A DNA stretch of 60,190 nt from Anaerolineales bacterium (GTDB lineage: Bacteria > Chloroflexota > Anaerolineae > Anaerolineales > E44-bin32). Of this stretch, positions 17,311-26,406 are shown in pieces. The translations under genes were made by a program, and so were the position numbers. The stretch spans positions 1-60,190 of the forward strand of contig DATIPT010000025.1 of the NCBI GenBank assembly GCA_035471625.1, read 5' to 3'. The stretch's first letter is position 1. Every line of letters starts with the position of its first letter. The notes under the pieces were generated by a model. It was not told the DNA's origin. It was given only the letters and a program-made list of their open reading frames with translations, and searched no databases.

Positions 17311-18341
17311 GGATTCACCTCCGCCTGCGGGACCGGCACCGGCACCTTCAGGCCGCGCCCGTTCCCATTCCCACCCAGGGCGCTGCGGCGCAAGAGGCTG
17401 TGGGCCAGGCTGAAGCGGTAGAAGGTTCCCACCGGATCGGGGATCCCGGCTTCGATGATCCGCTGGATCTCATTCGGATCCTGCGAGTCGATCACCGACG
17501 CCAGCGCGGTCATCATCCGCGCCCCGAAGTCCTCGACGCCGGCGTTCGGCCCATGACATCCGATGCACGGCGAGTTGACCTTGGGGCAAAGGGCGCCGCA
17601 GCCGGCGCGGGTAGCGATCCCGGCGCAGACCAGGCCCTGCTCGAGCAAGCAGGTCTCGGCCTCGGGCTTGATTTCCCAGGTGCGTTTGAAGGCCTTGATC
17701 TTCTTCTCGGCCCGGGTCCGCTCGCACTCATCACAGACCGTCGTCTCCTTGCCCAGGACGGTGCCGGGCGGCGGCAGCGGCGCCCCGCCCAATCCGGCGA
17801 CGACCGCCTCGACGACCCCCCAGATGTTCTCGGCCTCCGGCGGGCAACCTGGCACGTAGTACTCGACGTCGACCGTTTGGTCGAGCGTCTTCAGCGTATC
17901 GTAGAAGACGGGCAGGTGCAGTGTGCCCTCCGGCGCCTGATACTCCGGCTGGGGGAGGATGCCCTGCGGGTTGTCGACCGACGGGCTTTGCATGTAGACG
18001 TACTCGAAGATCGACTGGCGATCGTACAGGTTGGCCAGGCCCGGGATGCAGCCTTCGTGGGCGCACGAACCAAAGGCCACCAGGATCTTCGACTTGCGGC
18101 GCAGCAGCTGGGCCATGTATTCCTGCTCGCTGTTGCGGATTCCCCCGTTGAACAGGCAGACGTCGATCGACTTGTCCGGCATCTTCTCGATGTCGCGCAC
18201 CTTGGCGTCGATCGCCACCGGCCATAGGACGATGTCGAAGGCCTCGGCGACCTTGAGGATCTTGTCGTCGATTGCCAGCACAGCGATCTCGCAGCCGCCG
18301 CACGAGGCGGCCCAATACAAGGCCAGTTTGGGCTTGGTCAT
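17307..18341 (-). CDS. mvhG: [NiFe]-hydrogenase small subunit, group 3c
   Basis: MTKPKLALYWAASCGGCEIAVL...AFGSCAHEGCIPG, with a C-terminal FeS Cys cluster. I chose the ATG at 18341, which has AGGAGG upstream. The stop overlaps the mvhA start. Confidence 0.88.
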   Translation of the reverse strand: MTKPKLALYWAASCGGCEIAVLAIDDKILKVAEAFDIVLWPVAIDAKVRDIEKMPDKSIDVCLFNGGIRNSEQEYMAQLLRRKSKILVAFGSCAHEGCIPGLANLYDRQSIFEYVYMQSPSVDNPQGILPQPEYQAPEGTLHLPVFYDTLKTLDQTVDVEYYVPGCPPEAENIWGVVEAVVAGLGGAPLPPPGTVLGKETTVCDECERTRAEKKIKAFKRTWEIKPEAETCLLEQGLVCAGIATRAGCGALCPKVNSPCIGCHGPNAGVEDFGARMMTALASVIDSQDPNEIQRIIEAGIPDPVGTFYRFSLAHSLLRRSALGGNGNGRGLKVPVPVPQAEVNP

Positions 18342-18381
18342 CCCGACGCCTCCTTTCTGTTGGCGGATGTTGGCGTTGGGG

Positions 18382-18879
18382 TCATGCGGGCACCTCCATC
18401 GCCTCAGCGTGCTCTTCCGCCAGGCGCTCGATCGCTTCCAGGTGGTAGCCGTTCTCCGACCAGTTGCCGGCCCAGCTGAGCGGCCCGAGACGGCGGACCT
18501 TCTCGACCATGTCATTGATCGCCGCCGACAGCTGAGCGCCTTCGGCAGCCGAGGCCCACTGCAGGCGCAGCCGCTCGGGCTCGACTCCCATCACCTTCAA
18601 GGTGTGGCTGAGCATCTCGTAGCGACGCATCGCCTTGTAATTCTGTTCGAGGTAGTGGCACTCCCCAGGGTGGCAACCGGCGATCATCACCCCGTCGGCT
18701 CCCAGGGCGAACGCCTTGAGGACGAAGGTGGGGTCGACGCGACCGCTGCACATCACCCGCAGAATGCGGATGTTCGGCTCGTACTTCATCCGGGCCGTCC
18801 CGGCCAGATCGGCGGCGCGGTAGGAGCACCAGTTGCACAGGAAGGCCACGATCTTGGGCTCGAAGGTTTGTTCGCTCAT
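18382..18879 (-). CDS. mvhD: Methyl-viologen-reducing hydrogenase delta subunit
   Basis: IVAFLCNWCSYRAADLAG...ILRVMCSGRVDP...GADGVMIAGCHPGECHY, the canonical MvhD pattern. Confidence 0.88.
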   Translation of the reverse strand: MSEQTFEPKIVAFLCNWCSYRAADLAGTARMKYEPNIRILRVMCSGRVDPTFVLKAFALGADGVMIAGCHPGECHYLEQNYKAMRRYEMLSHTLKVMGVEPERLRLQWASAAEGAQLSAAINDMVEKVRRLGPLSWAGNWSENGYHLEAIERLAEEHAEAMEVPA

Positions 18880-18894
18880 GGTCCGCACCTTCCT

Positions 18895-20925
18895 TCAGGA
18901 TGCCGGCTCGAGCGCAGGTTCCAGCCGCCTGGCATGGCGACCGTTCCCACGGGGGGCGTCGAACAGGATGCCCTCCAGCTCGGCGGTGATCTGGTCGTAG
19001 TTGAAGTGGGCCCCGGTGATCGCCTGGGCCGGGCAGGCCGCCACGCACGTGCCGCAGCCCTTGCACAGGGCGGCATTGATCGTGCTGACGGCCTTGTCCT
19101 CCAGGTAGTCGATGGCGTTGAAGGGACACAGGTTGTTGCAGATCCGACAGCCGGAGCAGCGCGCCTCTTCGATCGAGGCGACAATCGGTTCGATCAGGAC
19201 GGTCCCGACTGAGATCATCCCCTGCACCCGAGCCGACGCCGCTGCACCCTGGGCGACCGAGTCGGGAATGTCCTTCGGCCCCTGGCACGTGCCGGCGATG
19301 AACAGCCCGTCGGTCATCGTCGCCACCGGATCCAGCTTGGGGTGGCGCTCGGTGAACCAGCCGTCCATGCTGCACGAAATCCCGAAGCGCAGGGCGGTTT
19401 CCTTGGCGTCGGCGCGCGGCTGCAGAGCCCCGAGCAAGATCACCATGTCGACCGGGATGCGCCGCTGGCGGCCAATCAACGTGTCCTCCGCCTGGACGAT
19501 CAGCTTTCCTTCTTCCCCAGGCCGCCGGGCGGCGTCGCTGACCTCCGCCACCCGGCCCCGGACGAAGTGCATCCCTTCCTGCTGGAGCCGGTCGTAGAAC
19601 TCCTCGTAGTTCTTGTGGAGCGGTCGCATATCGATGTAGAACGAGGTGACCTCCGCTCCGGTCTTCTCCATCACCAGATGCCCGAATTTCAGTGCGCTCA
19701 TGCAGCACACCGCCGAGCAGTACGGATTGTGTCGCTTGTCGCGGCTTCCGACGCAATGGATCAGCGCCACCGACTTCGGGGTCGTCACGCCGTCGCGCAG
19801 GACGATCTTGCCTTCGGTCGGTCCTGCGGCGTTGCACATCCGTTCGAACTCGAGGCTGGTGAAGACGTTCGCCAGCCGGCCGTAGCCGTACTGCGGGATC
19901 TTGGTGCAGTCGAACAGGTCGTACCCGGTGGCCAGGATCACGTTGCCGACCTCGAGGTCGACGTACTCGTCGACTTGCTCGAAGTCGATCGCCTCCGTCG
20001 GGCAGAATTTCTCGCAGGCCCGGCAGGTGCCGCGCTCGAAATAGGTGCAGTCTTCCCGATCAATGACCGGGAACTTCGGCACCGCCTGGGGGAACGGCCG
20101 GTAGACCGCCTTGCGGTAGCCCAGCCCAACCTCGAAGACGTCATCCACCACCCGCTTCGGGCACTTCTCGATGCAGATCCCGCACCCGGTGCAGTCGGCC
20201 TCATTGATGTAGCGCGCCTTCTTGCGGATGCGGGCACTGAAGTTGCCAACGTACCCGGTGACCTCTTCAACCTCGGCGTAGCTCATGAGGTGAATGTTGG
20301 GGTGACCCCCGACGTCCGACATTTTCGGCGTCAGGATGCAGGCGGCGCAGTCGAGCGTCGGGAAGGTCTTGTCGAACTGGGCCATGTGGCCGCCGATCGA
20401 CGGCTCACGCTCGACCAGATAGACCGGGTAGCCCGCATCGGCCAACTCCAGGGAGGCCTGGATCCCGGCGATACCACCACCGACGACCAGCGTATTCGGA
20501 TTGACCGGGACCTCGGTCGGCTCAAGTTCCTCGTGCAGGTGGACGCGCCGGACCCCGGCGGCGAGGAGGGCCTTGGCTTTCTCGAAGGCCGCCACCTTGT
20601 CTTCGGTGACCCAGGAGACCTGCTCGCGCAGGCTGACCATGTGGCACAGGTAGGGATTGAGCCCGGCGTTGGAGCACGCCTTGCGAAAGGTCTTCTCATG
20701 GAGGTGGGGGGAGCATGCCGCCACGACGACGCGCGTCAGGCCCTGCTCCTTGATGTCTTCCTCGATCAGTTCCTGCCCGAGCGAGGAGCACATGAACTTG
20801 TAGTCGCGGGCCAACACCACGCCGTCGAGGGTGTCCTTGGCCCACTGAGCCAGGCTTTCGACATCGACCGTGCCGGCAATGTTGCTTCCGCAGTGGCAGA
20901 TGTAGACGCCAACTCGCTCCGCCAT
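18895..20925 (-). CDS. hdrA: Heterodisulfide reductase subunit A (FAD/FeS, electron-bifurcating type)
   Basis: VGVYICHCGSNIAG..., the FAD fold LVVGGGIAGIQASLELADAGYPVYLVEREPSIGGHM and several CxxCxxCxxxCP ferredoxin motifs. ATG at 20925 with GAGGAGG upstream. Confidence 0.9.
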   Translation of the reverse strand: MAERVGVYICHCGSNIAGTVDVESLAQWAKDTLDGVVLARDYKFMCSSLGQELIEEDIKEQGLTRVVVAACSPHLHEKTFRKACSNAGLNPYLCHMVSLREQVSWVTEDKVAAFEKAKALLAAGVRRVHLHEELEPTEVPVNPNTLVVGGGIAGIQASLELADAGYPVYLVEREPSIGGHMAQFDKTFPTLDCAACILTPKMSDVGGHPNIHLMSYAEVEEVTGYVGNFSARIRKKARYINEADCTGCGICIEKCPKRVVDDVFEVGLGYRKAVYRPFPQAVPKFPVIDREDCTYFERGTCRACEKFCPTEAIDFEQVDEYVDLEVGNVILATGYDLFDCTKIPQYGYGRLANVFTSLEFERMCNAAGPTEGKIVLRDGVTTPKSVALIHCVGSRDKRHNPYCSAVCCMSALKFGHLVMEKTGAEVTSFYIDMRPLHKNYEEFYDRLQQEGMHFVRGRVAEVSDAARRPGEEGKLIVQAEDTLIGRQRRIPVDMVILLGALQPRADAKETALRFGISCSMDGWFTERHPKLDPVATMTDGLFIAGTCQGPKDIPDSVAQGAAASARVQGMISVGTVLIEPIVASIEEARCSGCRICNNLCPFNAIDYLEDKAVSTINAALCKGCGTCVAACPAQAITGAHFNYDQITAELEGILFDAPRGNGRHARRLEPALEPAS

Positions 20926-20926
20926 G

Positions 20927-21892
20927 TCAGACCTCCTCTCGCCGGCGCGGCATCGGCAAGGCTTTGTCGTCCCTGCGGGGACGTCGCGGCGCCGCCACTT
21001 CCGGAACGGCCGATCCGATCTTGGCCAGGGCGGCATCGGCCGCCACGACCTCGCGGCCGATGCCGAGTTCCTCGGCCTCCATCCCCAGCGCCAGTCCGAT
21101 CATCTGGGTGAAGTACAGGACCGGGATGTTGTAGTCCGTCCCGAAGTGCCGGTTCACTTGCGACTGGAACGCGTCCAGATTGAACTGGCACATCGGGCAG
21201 GCGCACACAATCGCATCGGCGTCGTAGTCAGCGGCGTTCTGCAGCAGATGTCGGATCAGCTCATAGGCCGTCTCGGCGCTGATCTGGCTCATGTGGCCGC
21301 CACAGCAGTGTGTCTTCAACGGAAAGTCCACGACCTCCGCGCCGATGGTCATCAGTAGCCGATCCAGGTGGGTCGGGTATTCGGGATCGGCCGTGCCTCC
21401 GTTGATCTGTGGCCGGACGATCAGACATCCGTAGTACGGCGCCAACCGCAAGCCATCGAGCTTGCGCACGACCTTGGCCGCGATGGCGTCGTAGCCCACA
21501 TCCTCGACGACGACGTCCAGCAGATGCCGGATGTGCAGCGAACCCGGCGTGTAGTGCAGTCCGCCGGCCGCGAGCGCGTAGTTCGTCATGGCCTCGATGC
21601 TCGGGTACACGCCCATGTTGTGGTCGACCTTGCGCAGGTTGAGGTAGCAGGCGCTGCAAGGTGCCACCAATTCGCGGACCCCTTCCTGTTCGGAGGCCAG
21701 CGCCAGATTGCGACCCACCAGACCATAGGCGCCGGCCTTGTTAATCGAGATGTACTCCGTGGCACCGCAGCAGTTCCAATCGTCGATCTCGGCTAGGGCC
21801 AGACCAAACGCTTCACAGATCGCCCGGGTCGACAGATCGTACGGCTCGGCCGAGTGCGTCAGGGAGCAACCGGGATAGTAGGCGTAGCTCAT
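20927..21892 (-). CDS. hdrB: Heterodisulfide reductase subunit B (two CCG domains)
   Basis: YYPGCS...NCCGA and ...HCCGGHM, the CCG-domain signatures. Confidence 0.9.
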   Translation of the reverse strand: MSYAYYPGCSLTHSAEPYDLSTRAICEAFGLALAEIDDWNCCGATEYISINKAGAYGLVGRNLALASEQEGVRELVAPCSACYLNLRKVDHNMGVYPSIEAMTNYALAAGGLHYTPGSLHIRHLLDVVVEDVGYDAIAAKVVRKLDGLRLAPYYGCLIVRPQINGGTADPEYPTHLDRLLMTIGAEVVDFPLKTHCCGGHMSQISAETAYELIRHLLQNAADYDADAIVCACPMCQFNLDAFQSQVNRHFGTDYNIPVLYFTQMIGLALGMEAEELGIGREVVAADAALAKIGSAVPEVAAPRRPRRDDKALPMPRRREEV

Positions 21893-22452
21893 CACACTGC
21901 CTCCAGAGACTTGGCCCGATCGAGGATCATCCGCAGTTGATCGATGCCGCGGATCCGGTCGGCCGTCAACGCCATGCGGTCCCTTGAGAACAGCTCAAAG
22001 GCCAGCGGTCCGACCCCGACCTTCTTGAGGGGGCTGTGAGTCAGGTGGTAGCGAGTCGCCAGGCCGAACTCGAAGCTCCGGCCATTGGTCTCGACATAGC
22101 CGATGAAGGACGTCGACCAATCCGGGGCGTCACGATCGTCATAGAGCTTCTCCCGGACCGCTATCCGTTTCAGCGAGTACATCAGATCCGTGATCGGGAT
22201 ATCCTTCGGGCACCGAACCATGCAGTAGTAGCAGGCCACACAGTACCAGGGCGTGTTGCTGCGAAGGACCTCATCCCGCATCCCCGCGTTGATCATGGCG
22301 AACAACTGGCGCGGGGTGTAGTCCATGTCCGGTCCCGATGGGCACGATCCGCCGCACGTTCCACATTGCAGGCACGTGATCAGCGTTTCGGCCCCCGGGG
22401 TCGTGGCGATGACCTCGCTCAAGAAGGATCCGGTCGACTTTGGATCATGCAT
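21892..22452 (-). CDS. hdrC: Heterodisulfide reductase subunit C
   Basis: CLQCGTCGGSCP ... CVACYYCMVRCP, a pair of 4Fe-4S motifs in a protein of HdrC size. Confidence 0.88.
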   Translation of the reverse strand: MHDPKSTGSFLSEVIATTPGAETLITCLQCGTCGGSCPSGPDMDYTPRQLFAMINAGMRDEVLRSNTPWYCVACYYCMVRCPKDIPITDLMYSLKRIAVREKLYDDRDAPDWSTSFIGYVETNGRSFEFGLATRYHLTHSPLKKVGVGPLAFELFSRDRMALTADRIRGIDQLRMILDRAKSLEAV

Positions 22453-22581
22453 GGTCGCACCTCGCAGGAGATCGATTCGGCCTGGCGGTCAGCCCGACCA
22501 CGCCGACGGAAAGATGGACCGAAGATGCACGCCTTGGCGGAGCGCTGCGGCACATCCCACGAAGATGGATCATCTCCCCCT

Positions 22582-22627
22582 ACTATATGTGAAATCCGTC
22601 ACCAGAGAGTAAGTGACGGACTTCACA
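22582..22627 (-). promoter_or_regulatory. Candidate hdr-mvh promoter: -10-like TATAGT flanked by two CRP/FNR-type boxes (TGTGA-N6-TCAC)
   Basis: On the plus strand, box 1 is TGTGAaatccgTCACc (22588-22603) and box 2 is aGTGAcggactTCACA (22612-22627). The two 14-nt arms gtgaaatccgtcac / gtgacggacttcac form an inverted repeat with one mismatch. actata at 22582-22587 reads TATAGT on the coding strand. This is the only AT-rich patch in the 297-nt gap upstream of hdrC. Confidence 0.5.
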
Positions 22628-22749
22628 CAATGGCGTGCCAAGTCTCCGGCAGGAGATGTCGGTCCCCTCTTTTGGGTGAGGGGGGGGTAGGTCGTAGGAG
22701 GATGGTTGAGTGGGTTTGGGCCGCGAACTGGCGGAGGCGCCCTGCCCGA

Positions 22750-23898
22750 TCAGGCCTCTCGGGGCAGCCGCACACGAAACGTTGAGCCGCGTCCGAGGTC
22801 CGATTCGACCTCCATCCTTGCTCCGAGACGGTCGAGGTGTTGGTGCACGATGGCCAATCCCAGCCCGGTACCCGTGATGCCGCTTTGCTTGGCGTTGCCG
22901 GCCCGGAAGAACTCCTCGCCCAGGCGGGGGAGGTCCTCCGCCGAGATCCCGATTCCGGTGTCGCTCACCCGCACTTCGATCTCGTCCTTCCCCACCAAGA
23001 CCTCCGCCGTCACCCGGCCGCCACGCGGCGTGTACTTCACGGCATTGCCGATCAGGTTCGACAACACCATCGCCAGGTCATCCTTCGTCGCACGAATATG
23101 GGGGAGGCGATCGGAAGCTTCGACGACGAGCTCCACCCCCGCCGCCTCGGCTTGCGGGCGAAAGCGTTCGCCGACCTCCTGCAACACCGGGGCAAGATCC
23201 ACCGAGGTCATCTGCGCCTCCGGCGGCGCGCTCTTGCTCGCCGCCAACGCCAGGAGGTCATTGATCAAGTCGAGGAGCTCGGCGTGGCGCGCCTCGACGC
23301 GATCCAGGATCTCCCGCTGCGGATCGGTCAACTCGCCGGTCATCCCGCGCACAAGCGTCCGCAAGAGACTTTGGGCTCCGACGACCGGCGCCCTCAGTTC
23401 GTGCGCCACCATCAACATGAAGGACGACTTGAATCGCTCCAGCCGTTCGATCTCATCCCGGTCGCGGGCGAGCGCCGCCGCCTGGCGTTCGACTGCCTCG
23501 AGGCGCCGCGCCTCGGCCAGCAGGCGCCGTCGCTCGAGACCGCGTTGGACCGTCAGCAGGAGGACATCGCCGCTGAACGGCTTGGCAATGAAGTCGTAGG
23601 CCCCGGCCTTGAGGGCCTCCACCGCCAGTTCGACCGTGGCGTAGCCGGTGAGGATCGCCGTGACGCAATCGGGATCGCGCTGATGGATATCGGCCAGCAG
23701 TTCGATGCCTCGCCCATCCGGCATCATCACATCCAGCAGGACCATGTCATAGCCGCCTGCCTCAATCGCCTGGCGTCCCTCGGTGATCGTCCCGGCGGTG
23801 TCCACGGCATAGCCCTCCGGCGCGAGCACCCGCCGGCAGCCGTCCCGGATCCCCTGCTCGTCGTCGATGACCAACAATCGCCCGTGTGGCTCGCTCAT
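22750..23898 (-). CDS. Hybrid response-regulator / histidine kinase (REC-HisKA-HATPase)
   Basis: N-terminal receiver LLVIDDE...MVLLDVMMPDGRG, an H-box MVAHELRAPV, and C-terminal N/G boxes (NAVKYT, DTGIGI, GTGLGL). The start overlaps the stop of the upstream kinase. Confidence 0.8.
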   Translation of the reverse strand: MSEPHGRLLVIDDEQGIRDGCRRVLAPEGYAVDTAGTITEGRQAIEAGGYDMVLLDVMMPDGRGIELLADIHQRDPDCVTAILTGYATVELAVEALKAGAYDFIAKPFSGDVLLLTVQRGLERRRLLAEARRLEAVERQAAALARDRDEIERLERFKSSFMLMVAHELRAPVVGAQSLLRTLVRGMTGELTDPQREILDRVEARHAELLDLINDLLALAASKSAPPEAQMTSVDLAPVLQEVGERFRPQAEAAGVELVVEASDRLPHIRATKDDLAMVLSNLIGNAVKYTPRGGRVTAEVLVGKDEIEVRVSDTGIGISAEDLPRLGEEFFRAGNAKQSGITGTGLGLAIVHQHLDRLGARMEVESDLGRGSTFRVRLPREA

Positions 23899-25901
23899 GT
23901 CGTCGCCTGAGGGACCCCGACCGAGCGGTAGTCGGGCGCCGCCTCACGGGATAGTTTACGCGGAAGACTTACCGTGAAGGTCGTCCCTTCACCGAGGCGG
24001 CTCCGAACGGTGATATGGCCGCGATGCATCTTGATGATGCCGTAGACGATCGACAGCCCGAGACCGGTCCCCCGCCCCAGCGGCTTGGTCGTAAAAAACG
24101 GGGTGAAGAGCTTGCCGAGGTTCTCCTCGGGGACGCCACACCCGGTGTCGGTCACTTCAATCTCGATCCAAGGGCCAGCGAGCCGGGTGACCAGCGTGAT
24201 CGTCCCCTGACCGTCGATCGCCTCGGCGGCGTTGTTCAGGAGGTTCACGAATACTTGGAGCAATTGCGCCGGGTCCGCCTCGATCGTCGGCAGATCGTCC
24301 TGCTCGCGCCGAACGATGGTCACTCCGACGAACGATGGCTGCGGCTGAACCGCCTCCACCGCCCGACTGAGCAGCTCGTGGACATCAGAGTCCTGTGCCA
24401 ACACTTCCTGCTGTCGGGCGAAGTTCAGCAGGTCGCCGACGATCACCTTGCAGCGATCGGCCTCACGCAGGATGACGCCGAGGTCATCGCGACGTGGATC
24501 CTCTCGGGGGAGTTCCTTCTGAAGGGCGCCGGCGTACAGATGGATGGTCCCCAGCGGGTTGTTGATCTCGTGCGCCACCCCGGCCGCAAGCTGGCCCATC
24601 GATGCCAGCTTCTCCTTGTGGAGGAGCTCCTCCTGGGCGTCCTGAAGCGCCTCGACCATCTGATTGAAGGCGTCCGCCAGGCGAGCCAGCTCGCCGTCCC
24701 CGTCGACACCGACGCGGACGCTCATGTCCCCGGCCGCCAACCGGCGGGTCGCCTCAGCCATTCGTATGATCGGGCCGGCGATCCAACGCGCGATCGGGAC
24801 GGCCAGGACCGCCGCCAAGACGACGCACAGCACGGCGATCAGCGCCACCCGGCTGTTGAAGGCCTCCAGCAGACTCCGGAACGCCGAGAGCTTCGCCCCG
24901 ACATACAGACTCCCCACCACCTCCCCGTCGTGATCCCGCAGGGGGCTGTAGCGGGTGATGTACATCTCATTGACGACGAAGGCCTGTCCCACATAGTCGC
25001 GGCCTTGATCCAGGACTACGTCGTAGACTTCCTGCGAGACTCTCGTCCCGACGGCCCGCGCCCCGTCTTCCCTCATCACATTGGTCGAGACGCGCAGGTC
25101 GCCGAAGAAGATCGTGACGGTATCGATCCCGGCCACTTCCTTGATCCGGTCGACGAGCGTGAAGTCGTTGTTGAACAGGTAGGCGCTCATCACGGCGCCG
25201 GTTGCCTGGCCGGTTTCGTCCAGCAGCGGCGAGACACCCACCAGCGCCAGACCCGCCGTTCCCTCGCGAGGGTCGAACGGCTCGGCCGCGGCCCGAGGCG
25301 TATCGAGCAGCGGGATCGCCGCCTGCTGCGCCAACCCGACGGTCTCGAGGAAGGATTGCGGGATGACTTCGGCGCCCTCCTGCTCCGTACCCCCCGCCAT
25401 GGCCGCCTCGACAATCGGGAGGTCCGACCAGTCCCCTCCCTCCAGCACGGGCGACAGAGACCCGTCCGACCGGATCACACGTCCCACGACCAGAGTCCCG
25501 TCACGATCCAGAAGGCCGATGAGATGCGTCCCGCCCAGCGCCAACACCGTGATCTTGTTGGTGATCGCCTGATGGATCACTTCGGCGGCGTCTTCATCCC
25601 CGCGCTGGGCGGCGGCGGCGTTCTCCAAGACCCACCGGTCGAGGACAAGCCGATGGCTGACGGCGGCGACCTCATCGAGCTTGAGCTGGTAGAAGGCCTG
25701 GGCCAATCCCATGTCGCGCGCCACGCGAGCGTCTTCGGCAGCTGTCAGGTAGTCCTCGATGACGCGCGACGTCGCCCAGGTGCCAATCCCGACGGTGAGC
25801 GCCGCCACCAGGGAGAAGGAAAGGATCAGGACGGTCTGAAGCCTTCCGCCCACCAGGCGGGAAAGGAAGCGGCTCACACCCGCGCTCCATCGAGCCGGCA
25901 T
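23895..25901 (-). CDS. Membrane sensor histidine kinase (extracytoplasmic sensor, HAMP, HisKA, HATPase)
   Basis: Two TM segments flank a ~300-aa sensor region. HAMP: AGDMSVRV...LADAFNQMVEAL. H-box: GVAHEINNPLG. G boxes: DTGCGV, GTGLGL. Confidence 0.8.
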   Translation of the reverse strand: MPARWSAGVSRFLSRLVGGRLQTVLILSFSLVAALTVGIGTWATSRVIEDYLTAAEDARVARDMGLAQAFYQLKLDEVAAVSHRLVLDRWVLENAAAAQRGDEDAAEVIHQAITNKITVLALGGTHLIGLLDRDGTLVVGRVIRSDGSLSPVLEGGDWSDLPIVEAAMAGGTEQEGAEVIPQSFLETVGLAQQAAIPLLDTPRAAAEPFDPREGTAGLALVGVSPLLDETGQATGAVMSAYLFNNDFTLVDRIKEVAGIDTVTIFFGDLRVSTNVMREDGARAVGTRVSQEVYDVVLDQGRDYVGQAFVVNEMYITRYSPLRDHDGEVVGSLYVGAKLSAFRSLLEAFNSRVALIAVLCVVLAAVLAVPIARWIAGPIIRMAEATRRLAAGDMSVRVGVDGDGELARLADAFNQMVEALQDAQEELLHKEKLASMGQLAAGVAHEINNPLGTIHLYAGALQKELPREDPRRDDLGVILREADRCKVIVGDLLNFARQQEVLAQDSDVHELLSRAVEAVQPQPSFVGVTIVRREQDDLPTIEADPAQLLQVFVNLLNNAAEAIDGQGTITLVTRLAGPWIEIEVTDTGCGVPEENLGKLFTPFFTTKPLGRGTGLGLSIVYGIIKMHRGHITVRSRLGEGTTFTVSLPRKLSREAAPDYRSVGVPQATT

Positions 25902-26001
25902 CGGCCTACGCTCGATCGCCCTGCGCCGCCACGTACCGCCCGCCGGCCTAGGCGCACTCCGGACCAGGAGCGCGCCCGGCGGCGCAGAGCCGATGCGTGC
26001 C

Positions 26002-26406
26002 TCAGACCTTCTCCCCGCTCAAGACCCACTCGACCTTCTTCAGCAGGTCGTCGGGGTCGATCGGCTTGTCCACGAACAGCTCCACCGGCAAGTAGTCGAT
26101 GTCGGGCTCGAAGCGCAGCGGTGTCGTGCTGTGGATCGCCGTGAGCATCAGGATCGGGATGTGCCCAAACTCGGCCAGATCCGAGGTCGGATCAGGGTTC
26201 CGCAGGCGCAGGGCCAACTGGAACCCCTCGGTCGAGGTGTCCATCATCACGTCGAGGATGATCAGGTCCGGCGTGTCGGCCCGGATCTTCTCCAGGCCTT
26301 CACGGCCGTTGGGCGCCTCGATCACCTTGTGCCCGGCCTTCTCCAGCGTGGTGCGGACCGAGAGCACGATATCGGGGTCGTCATCGATTACGAGGATCTT
26401 CGCCAT
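26002..26406 (-). CDS. Single-domain (CheY-like) response regulator
   Basis: MAKILVIDDDPD...DLIILDVMM...ILMLTA. I chose the ATG at 26406, which has GGAGGAG upstream. Confidence 0.8.
   Translation of the reverse strand: MAKILVIDDDPDIVLSVRTTLEKAGHKVIEAPNGREGLEKIRADTPDLIILDVMMDTSTEGFQLALRLRNPDPTSDLAEFGHIPILMLTAIHSTTPLRFEPDIDYLPVELFVDKPIDPDDLLKKVEWVLSGEKV

Noticed and set aside
15931-17421. 496-aa plus-strand ORF opposite mvhA. Similar long ORFs lie opposite hdrA (19342-21111), the sensor kinase (24015-26144) and RACo (51766-53688).
   Set aside because: Same reasoning as above. Each is antisense to a gene with strong family motifs, and each translates to R/G/D/P/V-rich low-complexity sequence.
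20921-20937. An identical 17-mer, gccatgtcagacctcct, occurs at the hdrB/hdrA junction (20921-20937) and at the hyhS/hyhL junction (28313-28329).
   Set aside because: On the coding strand it reads AGGAGGTCTGACATGGC, which is an SD, the upstream stop, a start codon and an Ala codon. It is best explained as convergence of translational-coupling signals, not a repeat element.
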